DNA of 64,000 nucleotides from Myxococcales bacterium. Its GTDB lineage: Bacteria; Myxococcota_A; Polyangia; Polyangiales; DASUME01. The notes below the pieces were generated by a model. The model saw only the letters and a program-made list of their open reading frames with translations, did not search any database and was not told where the DNA came from. Position 1 is the stretch's first letter; every line of letters starts with the position of its first letter. The stretch lies in the NCBI GenBank assembly GCA_047601445.1, contig JASGJH010000001.1, forward strand, positions 7,904,001-7,968,000, read 5' to 3'. Below, piece after piece: positions 47,770 through 59,292 of the stretch. The position numbers and the translations under genes were made by a program.

Positions 47770-50700
47770 ATGCTTCCGATCAGGTTACGCGGAGCGCGCA
47801 CCAACAACCTGCGTGATGTCTCGCTCGAACTCCAACCAGGGCAGTTGATCGCCATCGTCGGTCCGTCCGGGGCAGGCAAGTCCTCTTTGGCGTTCGGTAC
47901 GCTGTACGCGGAGGGGCAACGTCGCTTCGTCGAGAGTATCAGCACCTACGCACGCCAATTCCTCGAGCGCTTGGCGCGCCCCGACGTGGACGAGTTGGCG
48001 CCCGTCCCGGCCGGCATCGCGGTGGACCGTCAGGGAGAGATCCGCACCAGCCGTTCGACCGTCGGGTCCCTCACCGACGTCGCAGACTACGCCAAGAGCC
48101 TGTGGTCCCACCTGGCCGCCTTGCGCTGCACGCAGTGCGGGGCCGACGTGTCACGCGCCGGGCCAGAGGCCGCCGCGGCGCGTGTGCTCGCGACTTGCTT
48201 GCGGGAGCGACGAGCCGAGCCGGAACGGGTGCTGATCGCGTACAGGCTGGAGGTCCAACGTCCTGACGAGTTCCTGGAGCTGCGCGACGCGCTGATCGGC
48301 GAAGGCTACCGACGCTTGCGCGTGGCGGGCGAGATCAAGGACCTCGACAGCGTGCGCCCGAGCGATGTGGTGCAGAGCGCGAAGGCCAGCAAGGGCAAGC
48401 GCGCACGGGGACCCGAGGTCGACGTGATCATCGATCGACTCGTGCTCTCCGAGGCAGAGCGCAGTCGCTTGGTGGAGGCGCTGGAGGCCGCGTTCCAGCG
48501 CGGCGGCGGTCGGGCCAGCGTGATCCGGGAGTCGGGCGAGCGCCTCGAGTTTACCCGCAACTTGGTGTGCACGGCATGCCAGGCGAGCTATCCCGATCCC
48601 TCGCCGGGCCTGTTCTCGTTCAATAGTCCGGTCGGCGCCTGTGAGGCTTGTCGCGGCTTCGGGCGCGTCATCGGCGTGGACTGGGACAAAGTCCTCGATC
48701 CGGAGAAGACGCTGGCGGGCGGCGCCATTCTTCCCTGGAAGGGCAAGAGCACGGAGTGGGAGCGCAAGGAGCTCCAGAAGCACGCCAAGAAGCTCGGGAT
48801 CCCGCTCGACGTTCCCTACAAGAAGCTTCCCGCGGCTCAACGCAAGTGGCTCAAGGACGGCGACGAGCTCGGTTGGCCCGATGGCTGGGGCGGCCTGGCG
48901 GGGTGGTTCAAGTGGCTCGAGACGCGCGCCTACAAGATGCACGTGCGCGTCCTACTCTCGCGCTATCGCAAGTACGACGCCTGCGGGACCTGTCAGGGCA
49001 CTCGCTTCAAGGACGCGGCTCGCGGCTACCACGTGCAGGGCGTCACCATCAGCGACTTCCATGCGTCGAGCGTGCAGGATGCCGAGCGCTTCGTGCGCGA
49101 GCTCGCGGACCACGTGCGCGGCGATCCGGCCGCCGAACTCCTCGTGCGCGAGCTTCTTTCGCGCTTGTCGACACTCGCGGACGTGGGGCTCGGACACCTG
49201 ACGCTCGACCGCGCGGGCAACACCCTGAGCGGCGGCGAGACCCAGCGCGTGGCGCTCTCCACGGCGCTCGGAGCGTCGCTGAGCTCCGCCATGTTCGTGC
49301 TGGACGAGCCCACGGTCGGGCTGCATCCGAGCGATGTCGCGCGCCTGGCCAAGGTGGTGCGACGGCTGGCCGATGCGGGCAACCTGGTGGTGGTGGTCGA
49401 GCACGATCCGCAGTTCATCGCCACGGCCGATCGCGTGATCGAACTCGGGCCCGGCGCGGGCGCGCTCGGCGGTCAGGTGGTCTTCGACGGCAGCCCCGGG
49501 CAGCTCGTGGAAGCCGACACCATCACGGCGCGTGCGTTGCGAGACGAAGCTCCGCGCCTTTTGCGCGAGCGGTCGAGCCGTGGCGTTCTGCGTTTGAAGG
49601 GAGCGAACGGGCACAACCTCAAGCAGGTGGACCTCGGCATCGAGAAGGGGCTCTTCACCTGCGTCACGGGCGCCAGCGGCAGCGGTAAGAGCAGCCTGGT
49701 GCGCGGCACGCTCGTGCCGGCCTTGCAACACAAGTTCGGGGTGCGCGAGTCACGGCCGTTGGCCTTCGAGTCTCTCGAGGGCAGCGATGGGATCACCGGC
49801 GTGGTGCAGGTGGACCAAGCTCCCCTCGGGCGCACTTCGCGCGGCAACCCGGCGACCTACGTGGGCGCCTGGGACGTCTTGCGCAAGCGCTTCGCTGCCG
49901 AGCCGTTGGCCAAGGAGCGCGGCTACTCGGCGGGCACCTTCTCCTTCAACGTGGAAGGGGGGCGCTGCGAGGCCTGCAAGGGGCAGGGCTACGAGACCGT
50001 GGAGATGCAGTTCCTGGCCGACGTGAGCTTCGGCTGCCCGGAGTGTGGCGGTAAGCGCTTCGTGGGCCCTGTGCTGGACGTGCGCCACCGCGAGCTCGAC
50101 GTGTCGGACGTGCTCGAGCGCAGCGTCGACGAGCTGATCGCGTGGTTCGCTGGCGACTGGGACCTCTTGCGGGCCCTCAAGCCGCTGAGCGAGGTGGGGC
50201 TCGGTTACCTGCGTCTGGGCCAGCCGCTGAATACCTTGAGTGGCGGCGAGGCGCAGCGACTCAAGCTCGCCCAGGCGCTGTCGGAGGCGAAGCCGCGTTC
50301 TCTGATCGTACTCGACGAGCCCACGGCCGGGCTTCATCCAGCCGACGTCGAGCCCTTGCTCAAGGTCATCGAACGCTTGCTGGATCGCGGCGACACGGTG
50401 GTCGTGATCGAGCACGACATGCGTGTGGCGGCACGGGCCGATCGGGTGATCGATCTGGGCCCTGGAGCCGGCGAGGCCGGCGGGCGCATCGTCGCGCAGG
50501 GTACACCCGAAGAAGTAGCGGCAGGGGCGAGCACGAGTGCCGCGTTTCTGCGCTCCGCGCTGGGGCTCAAGTCGGGCGCGAAGCTCGGCCGCAGCGCAAG
50601 CCGAGGGCGCATCAGCGAGGAGCCCGATGCCATCCAAGTGGTGCGCGCGCGCGAGCACAACCTCAAGAACGTCGACGTGGAGATCCCGCACGGCAAGTTC

Positions 50701-53106
50701 GTGGCGCTCACCGGCCCGAGCGGCAGTGGCAAGAGCAGCTTGGCGTTCGGCGTCGTGCACGCGGAAGCCCAGCGTCGCTTCATCGAGACCCTCTCGCCTT
50801 ACGCTCGTCAGTATTTGCCGCAGCTGCCACGCCCGGACGTGGACCGCGTGACCGGCGTCGAACCCTCGCTTTCGCTCGAGCAACGCATCACCCGTGGAGG
50901 TTCGACCTCGACCGTGGCGACCATCACCGAGGTGGCGCACTACCTGCGCTTGCTCTACGCGCGTATCGGGCAGCCCACCGGCAAGGCCAAGGCGTTCATG
51001 GCCAAGCAGGGCGCCCGCGACGCGGCCCGCGCGTTGCTCACCAAGTTCGGCCCGCGCGCGAACTTCCAGGTGTTTGCCCGCGTGGTGCGGGGGCGCAAGG
51101 GCAACTATCGCGAGCTCCTCGACAAGGCCCTCGACAGCGGCGTGCAGGAGGCCCGCATCGACGGCACATTGCGCAAGCTCGAGCCCGGCCTCTCGCTCGA
51201 ACGCTACAAGGAGCACGACATCGAGCTCTTGCTCTCCAGCGTACACGGCGACGAGCTCGAGGTGGCGTTGCGCGCGGCGGCTCGGCAAGCGGAGGGCGAG
51301 GTGCTCGTGCGCGTGGGGAAGACCGAGGTTCCCTTGGTGCTCGAGGAGGGCAGCGCGGGCAAGAGTCGCGTGCTCGATCCGCGCTTGTTCTCCTTCAATA
51401 CGCGGCAGGGTGCGTGCGAGGATTGCGAGGGCAAGGGGTATCTCCTGATCACGCGCGGACGCGGCAAGAATGCCCGTGAGGAGCGCATGCCGTGCGAGGG
51501 GTGCGACGGTACGCGGCTCTCCGAGTTGGCGCGCAGCATTCTCGTGCACAACCGGGACATCACCCATTACTTGAGCCAGAGCGTGACGGCGGCGCGCGTG
51601 GCACTGGCCAAGCTGGAGCTGAGCGGTCGCGACGCCTTGATCGGAGACGCACTGCTGAAGGAGCTCGACCTACGCCTGGGCTTCCTCGAGCGCGTGGGCA
51701 TCGGCTATCTGGGGCTCGACCGCGCCGCCGATACCCTCAGTGGCGGGGAGACACAGCGCGTACGCCTCGCGGCGCAGCTCGGCAGCGGTCTCACCGGCGT
51801 GCTCTACGTGCTCGACGAGCCCACCATCGGGCTCCATCCGCGCGACACCAGCCTGCTCCTGAGCGCGCTCAAGGAGCTCGTGCAACGCGGCAACAGCGCG
51901 CTGGTGGTGGAGCACGACCTCGAGACCATCGAGGCGGCGGACCTGGTGATCGACATGGGGCCGGGCGGCGGCCGCTTGGGCGGCAACGTGGTCGCGCGCG
52001 GCACTCCAGCGGCGCTGCTACACGACGAGAACTCCATCACGGGGCGCGCCCTGCGCTTCCGTCCGCCGCCCAATCAGGGGCGCGGCTTGGTGGACGTCGA
52101 CTGGCTGGAGCTCAGCGGGGCCGAGGAGCACAACCTCAAGCGGGTTGACGCACGCATCCCGCTCTCCCGCTTCAGTGCCGTCACCGGCGTGAGCGGCTCC
52201 GGCAAGAGCACGCTGGTGCGCAAGGTGCTGCTGCCCGCTGTGCGCGATGCGCTCGGGCTGGTCAACGAGAGCGCACCCGGCAAATTCAAGAAGCTGCGCG
52301 GTGCCGAGGCGTTGGAGCGCGCAGTGGAGGTCGATCAGTCGCCCATCGGGCGTACGCCGCGTTCGGTGCCCGCCACGTACATCGGCATCTGGGACGAGAT
52401 CCGCAAACTCCTGGCCAATACGCCCGAGGCGCGGGCGCGGGGCTACGGGCCCTCGCGCTTTTCCTTCAACGTCGCCGAGGGACGCTGCCCCACCTGTGAC
52501 GGCAACGGCTCGCTCACGGTGGAGATGTCGTTCCTGCCGGATGCGCTCCTGCCCTGTGACGACTGCGGCGGCGCGCGCTTCTCGCGTGAAACCCTGGAGG
52601 TGAAGTACCACGGGCTGTCCGCCGGCGAGATCCTCGACCTCGATGTCGAGCGAGCCGCTGCGCTGTTCGCGCCGGTTCGCAATGTGCACGGTCCACTCGC
52701 GATGCTGGTGGAACTCGGACTCGGCTACTTGAAGCTCGGGCAGCCGTCGAGCACCCTGAGCGGCGGCGAGGCGCAGCGCATGAAGCTGGTCTCCGAGCTT
52801 TCCACCCAGGCTCAGGGCGCCACCCTCTACGTGCTCGACGAGCCGACGACCGGCCTGCACCGAAGCGACGTCCAGCGACTCTTGCGCTTCCTGTCGCGCT
52901 TCGTGGAGCGCGGCGACACGCTGCTGGTCATCGAACACCATCCTGACGTCATGCTGGCCGCGGACTATCTGCTGGACCTGGGACCCGAGGGCGGCGAAGG
53001 CGGCGGTCGCGTCGTGGCTTTCGGGACGCCTGCGGAGATCGCGCGCAGCAAGACCAGCCACACGGGGCAGGCCCTGCGAGAGGCCCTCAAACAGGCGTCC
53101 TCATAG
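47770..53106 (+). CDS. uvrA: Double-length excinuclease ABC subunit A (two fused UvrA units, 1778 aa)
   Basis: Four Walker A motifs ([32 protein letters not shown]), four LSGGE signatures, four LDEPT, and FSFN..G.C zinc fingers. Confidence 0.95.
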   Translation: MLPIRLRGARTNNLRDVSLELQPGQLIAIVGPSGAGKSSLAFGTLYAEGQRRFVESISTYARQFLERLARPDVDELAPVPAGIAVDRQGEIRTSRSTVGSLTDVADYAKSLWSHLAALRCTQCGADVSRAGPEAAAARVLATCLRERRAEPERVLIAYRLEVQRPDEFLELRDALIGEGYRRLRVAGEIKDLDSVRPSDVVQSAKASKGKRARGPEVDVIIDRLVLSEAERSRLVEALEAAFQRGGGRASVIRESGERLEFTRNLVCTACQASYPDPSPGLFSFNSPVGACEACRGFGRVIGVDWDKVLDPEKTLAGGAILPWKGKSTEWERKELQKHAKKLGIPLDVPYKKLPAAQRKWLKDGDELGWPDGWGGLAGWFKWLETRAYKMHVRVLLSRYRKYDACGTCQGTRFKDAARGYHVQGVTISDFHASSVQDAERFVRELADHVRGDPAAELLVRELLSRLSTLADVGLGHLTLDRAGNTLSGGETQRVALSTALGASLSSAMFVLDEPTVGLHPSDVARLAKVVRRLADAGNLVVVVEHDPQFIATADRVIELGPGAGALGGQVVFDGSPGQLVEADTITARALRDEAPRLLRERSSRGVLRLKGANGHNLKQVDLGIEKGLFTCVTGASGSGKSSLVRGTLVPALQHKFGVRESRPLAFESLEGSDGITGVVQVDQAPLGRTSRGNPATYVGAWDVLRKRFAAEPLAKERGYSAGTFSFNVEGGRCEACKGQGYETVEMQFLADVSFGCPECGGKRFVGPVLDVRHRELDVSDVLERSVDELIAWFAGDWDLLRALKPLSEVGLGYLRLGQPLNTLSGGEAQRLKLAQALSEAKPRSLIVLDEPTAGLHPADVEPLLKVIERLLDRGDTVVVIEHDMRVAARADRVIDLGPGAGEAGGRIVAQGTPEEVAAGASTSAAFLRSALGLKSGAKLGRSASRGRISEEPDAIQVVRAREHNLKNVDVEIPHGKFVALTGPSGSGKSSLAFGVVHAEAQRRFIETLSPYARQYLPQLPRPDVDRVTGVEPSLSLEQRITRGGSTSTVATITEVAHYLRLLYARIGQPTGKAKAFMAKQGARDAARALLTKFGPRANFQVFARVVRGRKGNYRELLDKALDSGVQEARIDGTLRKLEPGLSLERYKEHDIELLLSSVHGDELEVALRAAARQAEGEVLVRVGKTEVPLVLEEGSAGKSRVLDPRLFSFNTRQGACEDCEGKGYLLITRGRGKNAREERMPCEGCDGTRLSELARSILVHNRDITHYLSQSVTAARVALAKLELSGRDALIGDALLKELDLRLGFLERVGIGYLGLDRAADTLSGGETQRVRLAAQLGSGLTGVLYVLDEPTIGLHPRDTSLLLSALKELVQRGNSALVVEHDLETIEAADLVIDMGPGGGRLGGNVVARGTPAALLHDENSITGRALRFRPPPNQGRGLVDVDWLELSGAEEHNLKRVDARIPLSRFSAVTGVSGSGKSTLVRKVLLPAVRDALGLVNESAPGKFKKLRGAEALERAVEVDQSPIGRTPRSVPATYIGIWDEIRKLLANTPEARARGYGPSRFSFNVAEGRCPTCDGNGSLTVEMSFLPDALLPCDDCGGARFSRETLEVKYHGLSAGEILDLDVERAAALFAPVRNVHGPLAMLVELGLGYLKLGQPSSTLSGGEAQRMKLVSELSTQAQGATLYVLDEPTTGLHRSDVQRLLRFLSRFVERGDTLLVIEHHPDVMLAADYLLDLGPEGGEGGGRVVAFGTPAEIARSKTSHTGQALREALKQASS

Positions 53107-53730
53107 GAGCGCTTGCAGCCGCTCTCGCTGGGTCTCGTAGTTCTGCGCGGTCACGAACAGGGGCTCGCTCTCGCGAATGAACACCCGGGAGCCCGGCCAG
53201 GGTAGCCACTTGCGATCCCACTCTCGCGTGCGCACCGCGCGTTCGTAGCAAAACCGAATCGCCACGATGGGACGACCACTCGCCACGGCCATGTCGAGGG
53301 CCCCTCGCTTGAGCACCCTCGGCGGCCCAGCCGGGCCATCGACGGCCATGGTGGTGCGGTAGCCCTGGCCCAAAAAGTCGACCACCCGCTCGAGTGCTGC
53401 CTGGCCTCCGTGACCTGTGGATCCGAGCGCCAGCTCGCGCACCCCGTTCCAGGCCAGCACGAGGTGCACCGGGCGCATGTACCAGATGGGGTGGTTCATC
53501 CAGGCGTAGCGCGTGCCGTTCTTGCCAGGCAGGTAGGTGGCCATATAGGTCGGCAGGTGCTCGTGCCAGATGCACTCGATGCGCGGGCCCTGCTCGCTGG
53601 CGAGCTGCTCGTATACGTGCTCGCAGCCGTGGCGGATGGTGCTGTTGGCGGCCTGAAAAAGCCCTCCGACCGTGTAGCCGTAGAGGTGGAAAGCCGGCTT
53701 GGCCCAAAGCGGGACGTTATCCACGCGCAT
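53101..53730 (-). CDS. DUF374 / lysophospholipid acyltransferase-like protein
   Basis: CIWHEH, GSTGHGG, AVDGPAGP, GALDMA, WDRKWLPWP. Confidence 0.75.
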   Translation of the reverse strand: MRVDNVPLWAKPAFHLYGYTVGGLFQAANSTIRHGCEHVYEQLASEQGPRIECIWHEHLPTYMATYLPGKNGTRYAWMNHPIWYMRPVHLVLAWNGVRELALGSTGHGGQAALERVVDFLGQGYRTTMAVDGPAGPPRVLKRGALDMAVASGRPIVAIRFCYERAVRTREWDRKWLPWPGSRVFIRESEPLFVTAQNYETQRERLQALL

Positions 53731-53906
53731 CAGAAATCAGTTTAGCGCGCTCAGGCCTCGGCCTCGCCTCGAGTCGCCCGCCGCTGAATGACTGAGGAAT
53801 TGCCCGCGAGGCGCAATTGCCGAATCACGAAGCCAAAACGATTTCATTGACACGACCGACCAATCCGCAGAAAAAAGGGCTGCTTGGCTCTGCTTGGAGT
53901 GTTCTT

Positions 53907-54956
53907 ATGTTCGTATCTGTTCTCGTCGTGCGCGGCGTTCTGGCGGAATTCCAGAAGCGCGGGGTAGACGGTCCGGCCTGGCTTCGTGAAAACGGGGTCG
54001 ACCAGGCGATGCTGACGGACACGCGTGCGTCCGTCGACGTCGACACCTGGAACCGCCTGCTGCACCGCGCGATGGCGACCCTGGACGACCCCGGATTGGG
54101 GCTCACGATCGGCTTTGGCGACTCGGAGGGCATGCTGCAGCTCCTGGGTTACATGCTGCTGTCATCGCGCACGCTGCAGGAAGCCTTCGAGCTGTGCCAG
54201 CGCTACTCGGCCCTCATCGTCGACGACCTGCGGCTGGAGCTCGTCCACGTGGGGCAGCGCAGCCACTTCCGCTTCGGCTTCCACAACGCGCTCTCCGCGG
54301 AGGCCGCGCGCTTCGGCGAGGAGTTCGTGGCCGCCTTGGCGTTTCGCATCGGCCGCCACCATATCCCCGACGGACCGCCGCCCGAGCTCCGGTTTCGTCA
54401 GCCCACGCCTGCCTATCGCGCACGCTTCGACGCGTTCTTCATGGGCGTCCCATGCCGCTTCGGCTGCGACCATAGCGAGATCGTCTTCGACCGCCAGCTC
54501 CTCCTGCAGAGCCAGCCTCATGGCGATGGTCAAGTCATCGAGAGCCTGTCGGGCACCGCAGACAGGCTGTTGCGCGAGATCCAAACGGTCCCTGCGCTCG
54601 CCGAGCGCGTGCGACTCTTGCTCGATCACGAGCCCGACCTGGGCACCATCGACGCCGAACAGATCGCGCTCAAGATGGGCCTCAACTCCCGCACCCTACG
54701 CCGCCGTTTGCGCGACGAGGGAGCCAACCTCCGCACGTTGATCGACGAATGTCGCATGCGGGCGGCCTGCGTGATCCTCTCGAACCCGAGCACCACCATC
54801 AAAGACACGGCCGAGCGTCTCGGCTACTCCGAACCGAGCGCGTTCCACCGCGCGTTCAAGCGCTGGACGGGGCAAACTCCCGCCGAATATTGCGCGAGAA
54901 TCGAGGTCGTCAGGCTCGAGCACCAGGTCCCCGCGCTGCTGTCCCAGGACCCCTGA
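53907..54956 (+). CDS. AraC family regulator (OruR/VqsM-type, Arabinose_bd_2)
   Basis: DPGLGL..LLGYMLLSSRTL; HTH SRTLRRRLRDEG..LGYSEPSAFHRAFKRWTGQTP. Confidence 0.92.
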   Translation: MFVSVLVVRGVLAEFQKRGVDGPAWLRENGVDQAMLTDTRASVDVDTWNRLLHRAMATLDDPGLGLTIGFGDSEGMLQLLGYMLLSSRTLQEAFELCQRYSALIVDDLRLELVHVGQRSHFRFGFHNALSAEAARFGEEFVAALAFRIGRHHIPDGPPPELRFRQPTPAYRARFDAFFMGVPCRFGCDHSEIVFDRQLLLQSQPHGDGQVIESLSGTADRLLREIQTVPALAERVRLLLDHEPDLGTIDAEQIALKMGLNSRTLRRRLRDEGANLRTLIDECRMRAACVILSNPSTTIKDTAERLGYSEPSAFHRAFKRWTGQTPAEYCARIEVVRLEHQVPALLSQDP

Positions 54957-54983
54957 TCGGCATCCGTGCTAGACCGCTCCCCG

Positions 54984-55802
54984 ATGCGCCTGGTCGAGGT
55001 CTCCCGGAGCACCTTCAACACCCGCTTTCGCGTCGAGTTGGACGATGGCTTCGCCGTGGAAGCGGTGCACTACCGTGGCGATACGTTGTGCGTCTCCAGC
55101 CAGGTGGGCTGTGCCGTGCGCTGTCCGTTCTGTGCTTCGGGGGCCGAAGGGCTGCTGCGCCAGCTGAGTCTGGACGAGCTATGGGGACAGGTCGAGGCCG
55201 TGCAACAACAAGGCCTCCTAGTGGAGCGCGTGACCGTGAGCGGTGTGGGCGAGCCCCTGCACAACCACCGGGCCGTACGCGAGCTGGTGCTGCGCTGTCG
55301 TGAGCGACGCATCGCCCCCAGCCTGACCACCTCGGGAGGCCCCATCGAGCGCCTCAAGGAGTGGCTCGATCTGCCCCACAATGGCCTCACCATCAGCGTC
55401 CATGCGGGCACCGAAGCGATGCGCGCGCGCATGGTTCCCAAGGGTCCGGCGCTCTCGGAGCTGTTCGGTTGTCTGCGCGACGAGCTGCCCAAGCTGTCGC
55501 GCTCGCGGCGCAAGAAGGTGGCGCTCGCCTACCTGCTGATCGCCGACGAAAGCGACGCGGACTCGGAACTCGAGGCCTTCGCGGAGCTCGCGCACCCCCT
55601 CGGCGTGCAGGTGCACCTCTACGCACACAATGCGGTGCCCACCAGCCAGCACCGCGGCGTCACCCGCGAGCGCTACGAGCTCGCCTACGCCGTACTGACC
55701 GCCCGCGGCCTCAAGGTCCGCATGAGCAGCCAGGCACGCATCGAGGCCAACGGTGGCTGTGGGACCCTCGTGGTCGCGCGCAACAAGCCCAAGCCCAGCT
55801 GA
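54984..55802 (+). CDS. Short RlmN/Cfr-like radical SAM protein
   Basis: TLCVSSQVGCAVRCPFCASG, SGVGEPLHN, ISVHA, GGCGTL; lacks the N-terminal domain of RlmN. Alternative start at 54966. Confidence 0.82.
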   Translation: MRLVEVSRSTFNTRFRVELDDGFAVEAVHYRGDTLCVSSQVGCAVRCPFCASGAEGLLRQLSLDELWGQVEAVQQQGLLVERVTVSGVGEPLHNHRAVRELVLRCRERRIAPSLTTSGGPIERLKEWLDLPHNGLTISVHAGTEAMRARMVPKGPALSELFGCLRDELPKLSRSRRKKVALAYLLIADESDADSELEAFAELAHPLGVQVHLYAHNAVPTSQHRGVTRERYELAYAVLTARGLKVRMSSQARIEANGGCGTLVVARNKPKPS

Positions 55803-55872
55803 GTTTGTTTCGGGGAAGTCACGCAGCCTCCCCGCCGCTTCGCTCGCGGTGGACCCGCGTCGCGCTGCGTTC

Positions 55873-56808
55873 TCACTCGCGCAGCGAGGCTGCGAGGCCG
55901 TCGAGGATGTCGGTCTCCGAGACCATGAGCTCGTCGATGTCGAAGGCGTCCAGGATCCCCAGCAACACCACGGCACCGCCCACGATGACCTCGGCGCGCT
56001 TGGGTTCGATGATCATTCCGCGGCGCTGCTCCAGCTTGGCAGCGGCCAGGCGCTCGAAGGCGCTGCGCGCCGCAACCTTCGACAGGATCATGTGGTGCGT
56101 CGCGCGCGGGTCGTAGCGCATGAGCCCCTTGGCCATGGCGCCCAGCGCCGTGATGGTGCCCGCCAGGCCCACCATGCGCCGCATGCGCCCCACGTCGATG
56201 GCACTCCGCACGCGCTCGAGCACGCCCTGCACGTCTTGGGCACAGGCGGCGAGCTCCGCGGCCGTGGGCGGGTCGCTCTTCAGGTGACGCTCGCTCATGC
56301 GCACGCAGCCCATATCCACCGAGATCAGCTGCTCTGGAGCCTCGCTACCGAGCACGAACTCCGTCGAGCCGCCGCCGATGTCCACCACCAGGTAGGGCCC
56401 CGCGGAGAGCGCGAGCCCGGTGGTGGCGCCCAGGAACGAAAACCGCGCTTCATCCTCGCCCGGCAAGAGCTCGGGACGCGCACCGAGGGCGGCCTCGGCG
56501 GCGTCGAAGAACGCACGACTGTTCTTGGCGTCGCGCGCGGCGCTGGTGGCGGCCGCACGAATCTTCTCGCGCGGCACCCCGTGCTTCTTCACCAGCTCCC
56601 CGTAGCTCGCGAGCACGTTGACCGTGCGCGCGATGGCGTCGGGGTGCAGGGAGCCCGTGACGTCCACGCCCTGCCCGAGCCGGGTCACCTGCATGTGACG
56701 CTCGAGCTCGTGGCCCACCGCGTCGGTGATCAGCAAACGCACCGAATTGGTGCCGATGTCGACGGCGGCGACGTTGCCCGCCAGCTTGCCGTGCTGCGAC
56801 CCGATCAT
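55873..56808 (-). CDS. Ppx/GppA family phosphatase (short form)
   Basis: AVDIGTNSVRL, TRLG, ATSAARDAKN, DIGGGSTE, GLAGT, ILDG. Confidence 0.9.
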   Translation of the reverse strand: MIGSQHGKLAGNVAAVDIGTNSVRLLITDAVGHELERHMQVTRLGQGVDVTGSLHPDAIARTVNVLASYGELVKKHGVPREKIRAAATSAARDAKNSRAFFDAAEAALGARPELLPGEDEARFSFLGATTGLALSAGPYLVVDIGGGSTEFVLGSEAPEQLISVDMGCVRMSERHLKSDPPTAAELAACAQDVQGVLERVRSAIDVGRMRRMVGLAGTITALGAMAKGLMRYDPRATHHMILSKVAARSAFERLAAAKLEQRRGMIIEPKRAEVIVGGAVVLLGILDAFDIDELMVSETDILDGLAASLRE

Positions 56809-56810
56809 GC

Positions 56811-57497
56811 TCACGCCCCCTGCGAGCCGATCTGGCGCTTGAGCCCGATCAACGTCAGGAGCTCCATGCGCGCCGCCGAGTCGAGCAGGAACAGGCCATG
56901 CAGCTTGCTGGTGGTGGTCCAGGCGCCCGGCTTGCGCACGCCGCGGTAGCACATGCAGAAGTGCTGACATTGCAGGATCACGGCCACGCCCTGGGGCTCG
57001 AGGTGCAACTGCATCGCGTCGGCGATCTGCTTGGTGAGCTTCTCCTGCACCTGGAGGCGCTTCGCGAACACGTCTACCACGCGCGCCACCTTGCTCAGGC
57101 CCACCACGCGTCCATTCGGGATGTACGCCACGTGCGCCTTGCCCACGAACGGCACCATGTGGTGCTCGCAGTGGCTGAACACTTCGATGTCGCTCACCAG
57201 CACGAGCTCGTCGTAGCCCTCGACCTCCTCGAAGGTCTTTTTGAGGTACTCGGCCGGGTCCATGGCGTAGCCGCTGAAGTGCTCGCCCATGGCGCGCACC
57301 ACGCGGGCCGGCGTGTCGAGCAGGCCCTCGCGCCTGGGGTCTTCACCCAGGTAGCGCAAGATGCCCCGCACGTGGGCCTCGGCCTTGGCGACCTCTGCGG
57401 CGCTGCGGTTGGTGGTTAGTGTCTCGGGGACCCTCGGGGGCGCCCGGTGGCGCGCCGAGTGGGCCCGGCTGCCATCCGAACTACGACGTTTCGCCAT
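56811..57497 (-). CDS. folE: GTP cyclohydrolase I
   Basis: [49 protein letters not shown]. Confidence 0.96.
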   Translation of the reverse strand: MAKRRSSDGSRAHSARHRAPPRVPETLTTNRSAAEVAKAEAHVRGILRYLGEDPRREGLLDTPARVVRAMGEHFSGYAMDPAEYLKKTFEEVEGYDELVLVSDIEVFSHCEHHMVPFVGKAHVAYIPNGRVVGLSKVARVVDVFAKRLQVQEKLTKQIADAMQLHLEPQGVAVILQCQHFCMCYRGVRKPGAWTTTSKLHGLFLLDSAARMELLTLIGLKRQIGSQGA

Positions 57498-57540
57498 CGC
57501 CGGCGAACATGAGCGATAGGCCCCCGGGTCTCAACCCGAA

Positions 57541-59226
57541 TCAGCCCCCGAAGCGCAGCTCGGGGGGGCGCTGGAAGAAGCCGTTGCGCTCGGGATCGTT
57601 GTAGCTCTTGTAGTCGATTTCCCAGGGCGCGATGCGCGTCACGCCGCGCTCGTAGGTCATGGTGAGCGCCATCGGAGTGACCTGGCGATAGCTCGAGTTG
57701 AGCGGCAGGTCGTCGTTGTCCTTGCCGCCCGAGGAGAACAGCGTGCAGAGCAGGAAGTTGCTCTCGTCATAGACGCGCGCGAAGCCCTCGTTCACCTTTT
57801 CGTGGCCGCGGATGAGCGCCTCGCAACCGATGCGCTGCAGGAAGCGCTGGGCTTGCAGGCGGCCGAACGCGAAGCGTGCCGACTGGTCCTGGAGCTCCGC
57901 CGGGATCACGTCGGCGCTCGAGGGGTCGCTCCACATCATCTGGAAGCGGATGTCGGGGTCGTTGAGGCTCGAGAGGTCCTTGTAACGCTCCTTGAACAGG
58001 TGGTCGCGCGGGATGCCGCCGTGCACGAAGAGCGTCTTGCCGAACAGGTACGAGGAGGGCAGGGCGTCGAACAGCCGCATGTACTCCCGGAAGATGTCGA
58101 TATCCACGTGGGGCTTGAGCGTGTCGATGGCCTCGGAGGGCTTCACGCCACCGTAGACGTTGCCCTTGAACTCGACGAAATACTCGTGGTTTCCGCGCAA
58201 CACCACCACGTGCTCGGGCGCCGTGAGGTAGAGCAGCAGCACGGAGCGCAGCACTCCGTTGAGGCTGAAGATGCCGCGATCGATGTAGTCGCCCAGCAGC
58301 ACCAGCTTGGGCTCCGGGTTGTTCACTGGGTCGGCCTTGAAGGCCGAGACCTTGTCGAAGAACTTCGACTGCATGATGGCCGCCTTGAGGCAGCTGTAAC
58401 AACCATGGAGATCACCGAGTACCGTGAGCTCGAAGCGCTTGTCCTCGGGGGTCGGACACACCAGCACGTGTCCATCCAGGAACGGGCCTTCGTCGGCCAA
58501 CTCGGCCACGCTCTGCTTGCCGTTGAGCTTGCCCGCGCCCTTGTCGCGGTCGGCTTGCAGCTGCGCGATGGCGCGGTCGACCACGTCGCGGTCGGCCTCG
58601 ATCTGGCGCTTCATGGTCTCGGGATCGCGCGAGTAGTGGTGCTCGAATTGGTCGAAGAAGGGATGCACCTTGTGCTCCGAGTCGAGCACGGTCGAGGGCA
58701 CGATGGAGACGCTGCGGCGCTTTTGCTCCTCCACCAGCTCCACGTCGAGCTCGGCCTCGAGCAGAGCGCTCAGTTCGGCGCGGAATTTCACCTCCGCAGG
58801 GTGCGCTTCGCCGTCGGCCATGATCAGGTGATCGATGGTCTCCATCAGGGCTTCCTGGCTCTGGGTGTCGAAGCCCTGGAAGATCTCGAAGCAGCGCAGC
58901 TTGAGCTTGCCGTGCACGAACTTGTCGTGGTCCTCGTCGCGGGCCACGGCCTCCGTGAAGAGCTCCTTCACCTCGGTGTCGATGCCCTCGAAAACTTCGT
59001 GGAAGTGCGCGGTGAATTTGGTGGTGAGTTCGCGCTGCACCGCCGGCGCCAGGTTGGCCGCACCGGTCTTCACTCGGTGATCGACCAAGCGCTCGATATA
59101 GCTGCGGACGAAGCTTTTCTCGGCCGCGTCGAACTCGCCATCGATGTAGCCGAAGGTCGTGAGGTAAAAAATGATGGCCCGCATCTGCTTTTCGGCGAGC
59201 TCTGGATCGGCGCTGAAGTTGAGCAT
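57541..59226 (-). CDS. TerB-like domain fused to PPP-family Ser/Thr phosphatase
   Basis: N-terminal YIDGEFDAAE and MADGEAHPAE; C-terminal GDLHGC, GDYIDRG, LRGNHE, VHGGI, WSDP, IRGHE, TLFS. Confidence 0.85.
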   Translation of the reverse strand: MLNFSADPELAEKQMRAIIFYLTTFGYIDGEFDAAEKSFVRSYIERLVDHRVKTGAANLAPAVQRELTTKFTAHFHEVFEGIDTEVKELFTEAVARDEDHDKFVHGKLKLRCFEIFQGFDTQSQEALMETIDHLIMADGEAHPAEVKFRAELSALLEAELDVELVEEQKRRSVSIVPSTVLDSEHKVHPFFDQFEHHYSRDPETMKRQIEADRDVVDRAIAQLQADRDKGAGKLNGKQSVAELADEGPFLDGHVLVCPTPEDKRFELTVLGDLHGCYSCLKAAIMQSKFFDKVSAFKADPVNNPEPKLVLLGDYIDRGIFSLNGVLRSVLLLYLTAPEHVVVLRGNHEYFVEFKGNVYGGVKPSEAIDTLKPHVDIDIFREYMRLFDALPSSYLFGKTLFVHGGIPRDHLFKERYKDLSSLNDPDIRFQMMWSDPSSADVIPAELQDQSARFAFGRLQAQRFLQRIGCEALIRGHEKVNEGFARVYDESNFLLCTLFSSGGKDNDDLPLNSSYRQVTPMALTMTYERGVTRIAPWEIDYKSYNDPERNGFFQRPPELRFGG

Positions 59227-59292
59227 GGCTCGCCGAGTGTAAACGGTTTTGAGTTCGTGCGAACCTGCCGTGATCGCGGATACTTGCCTACC

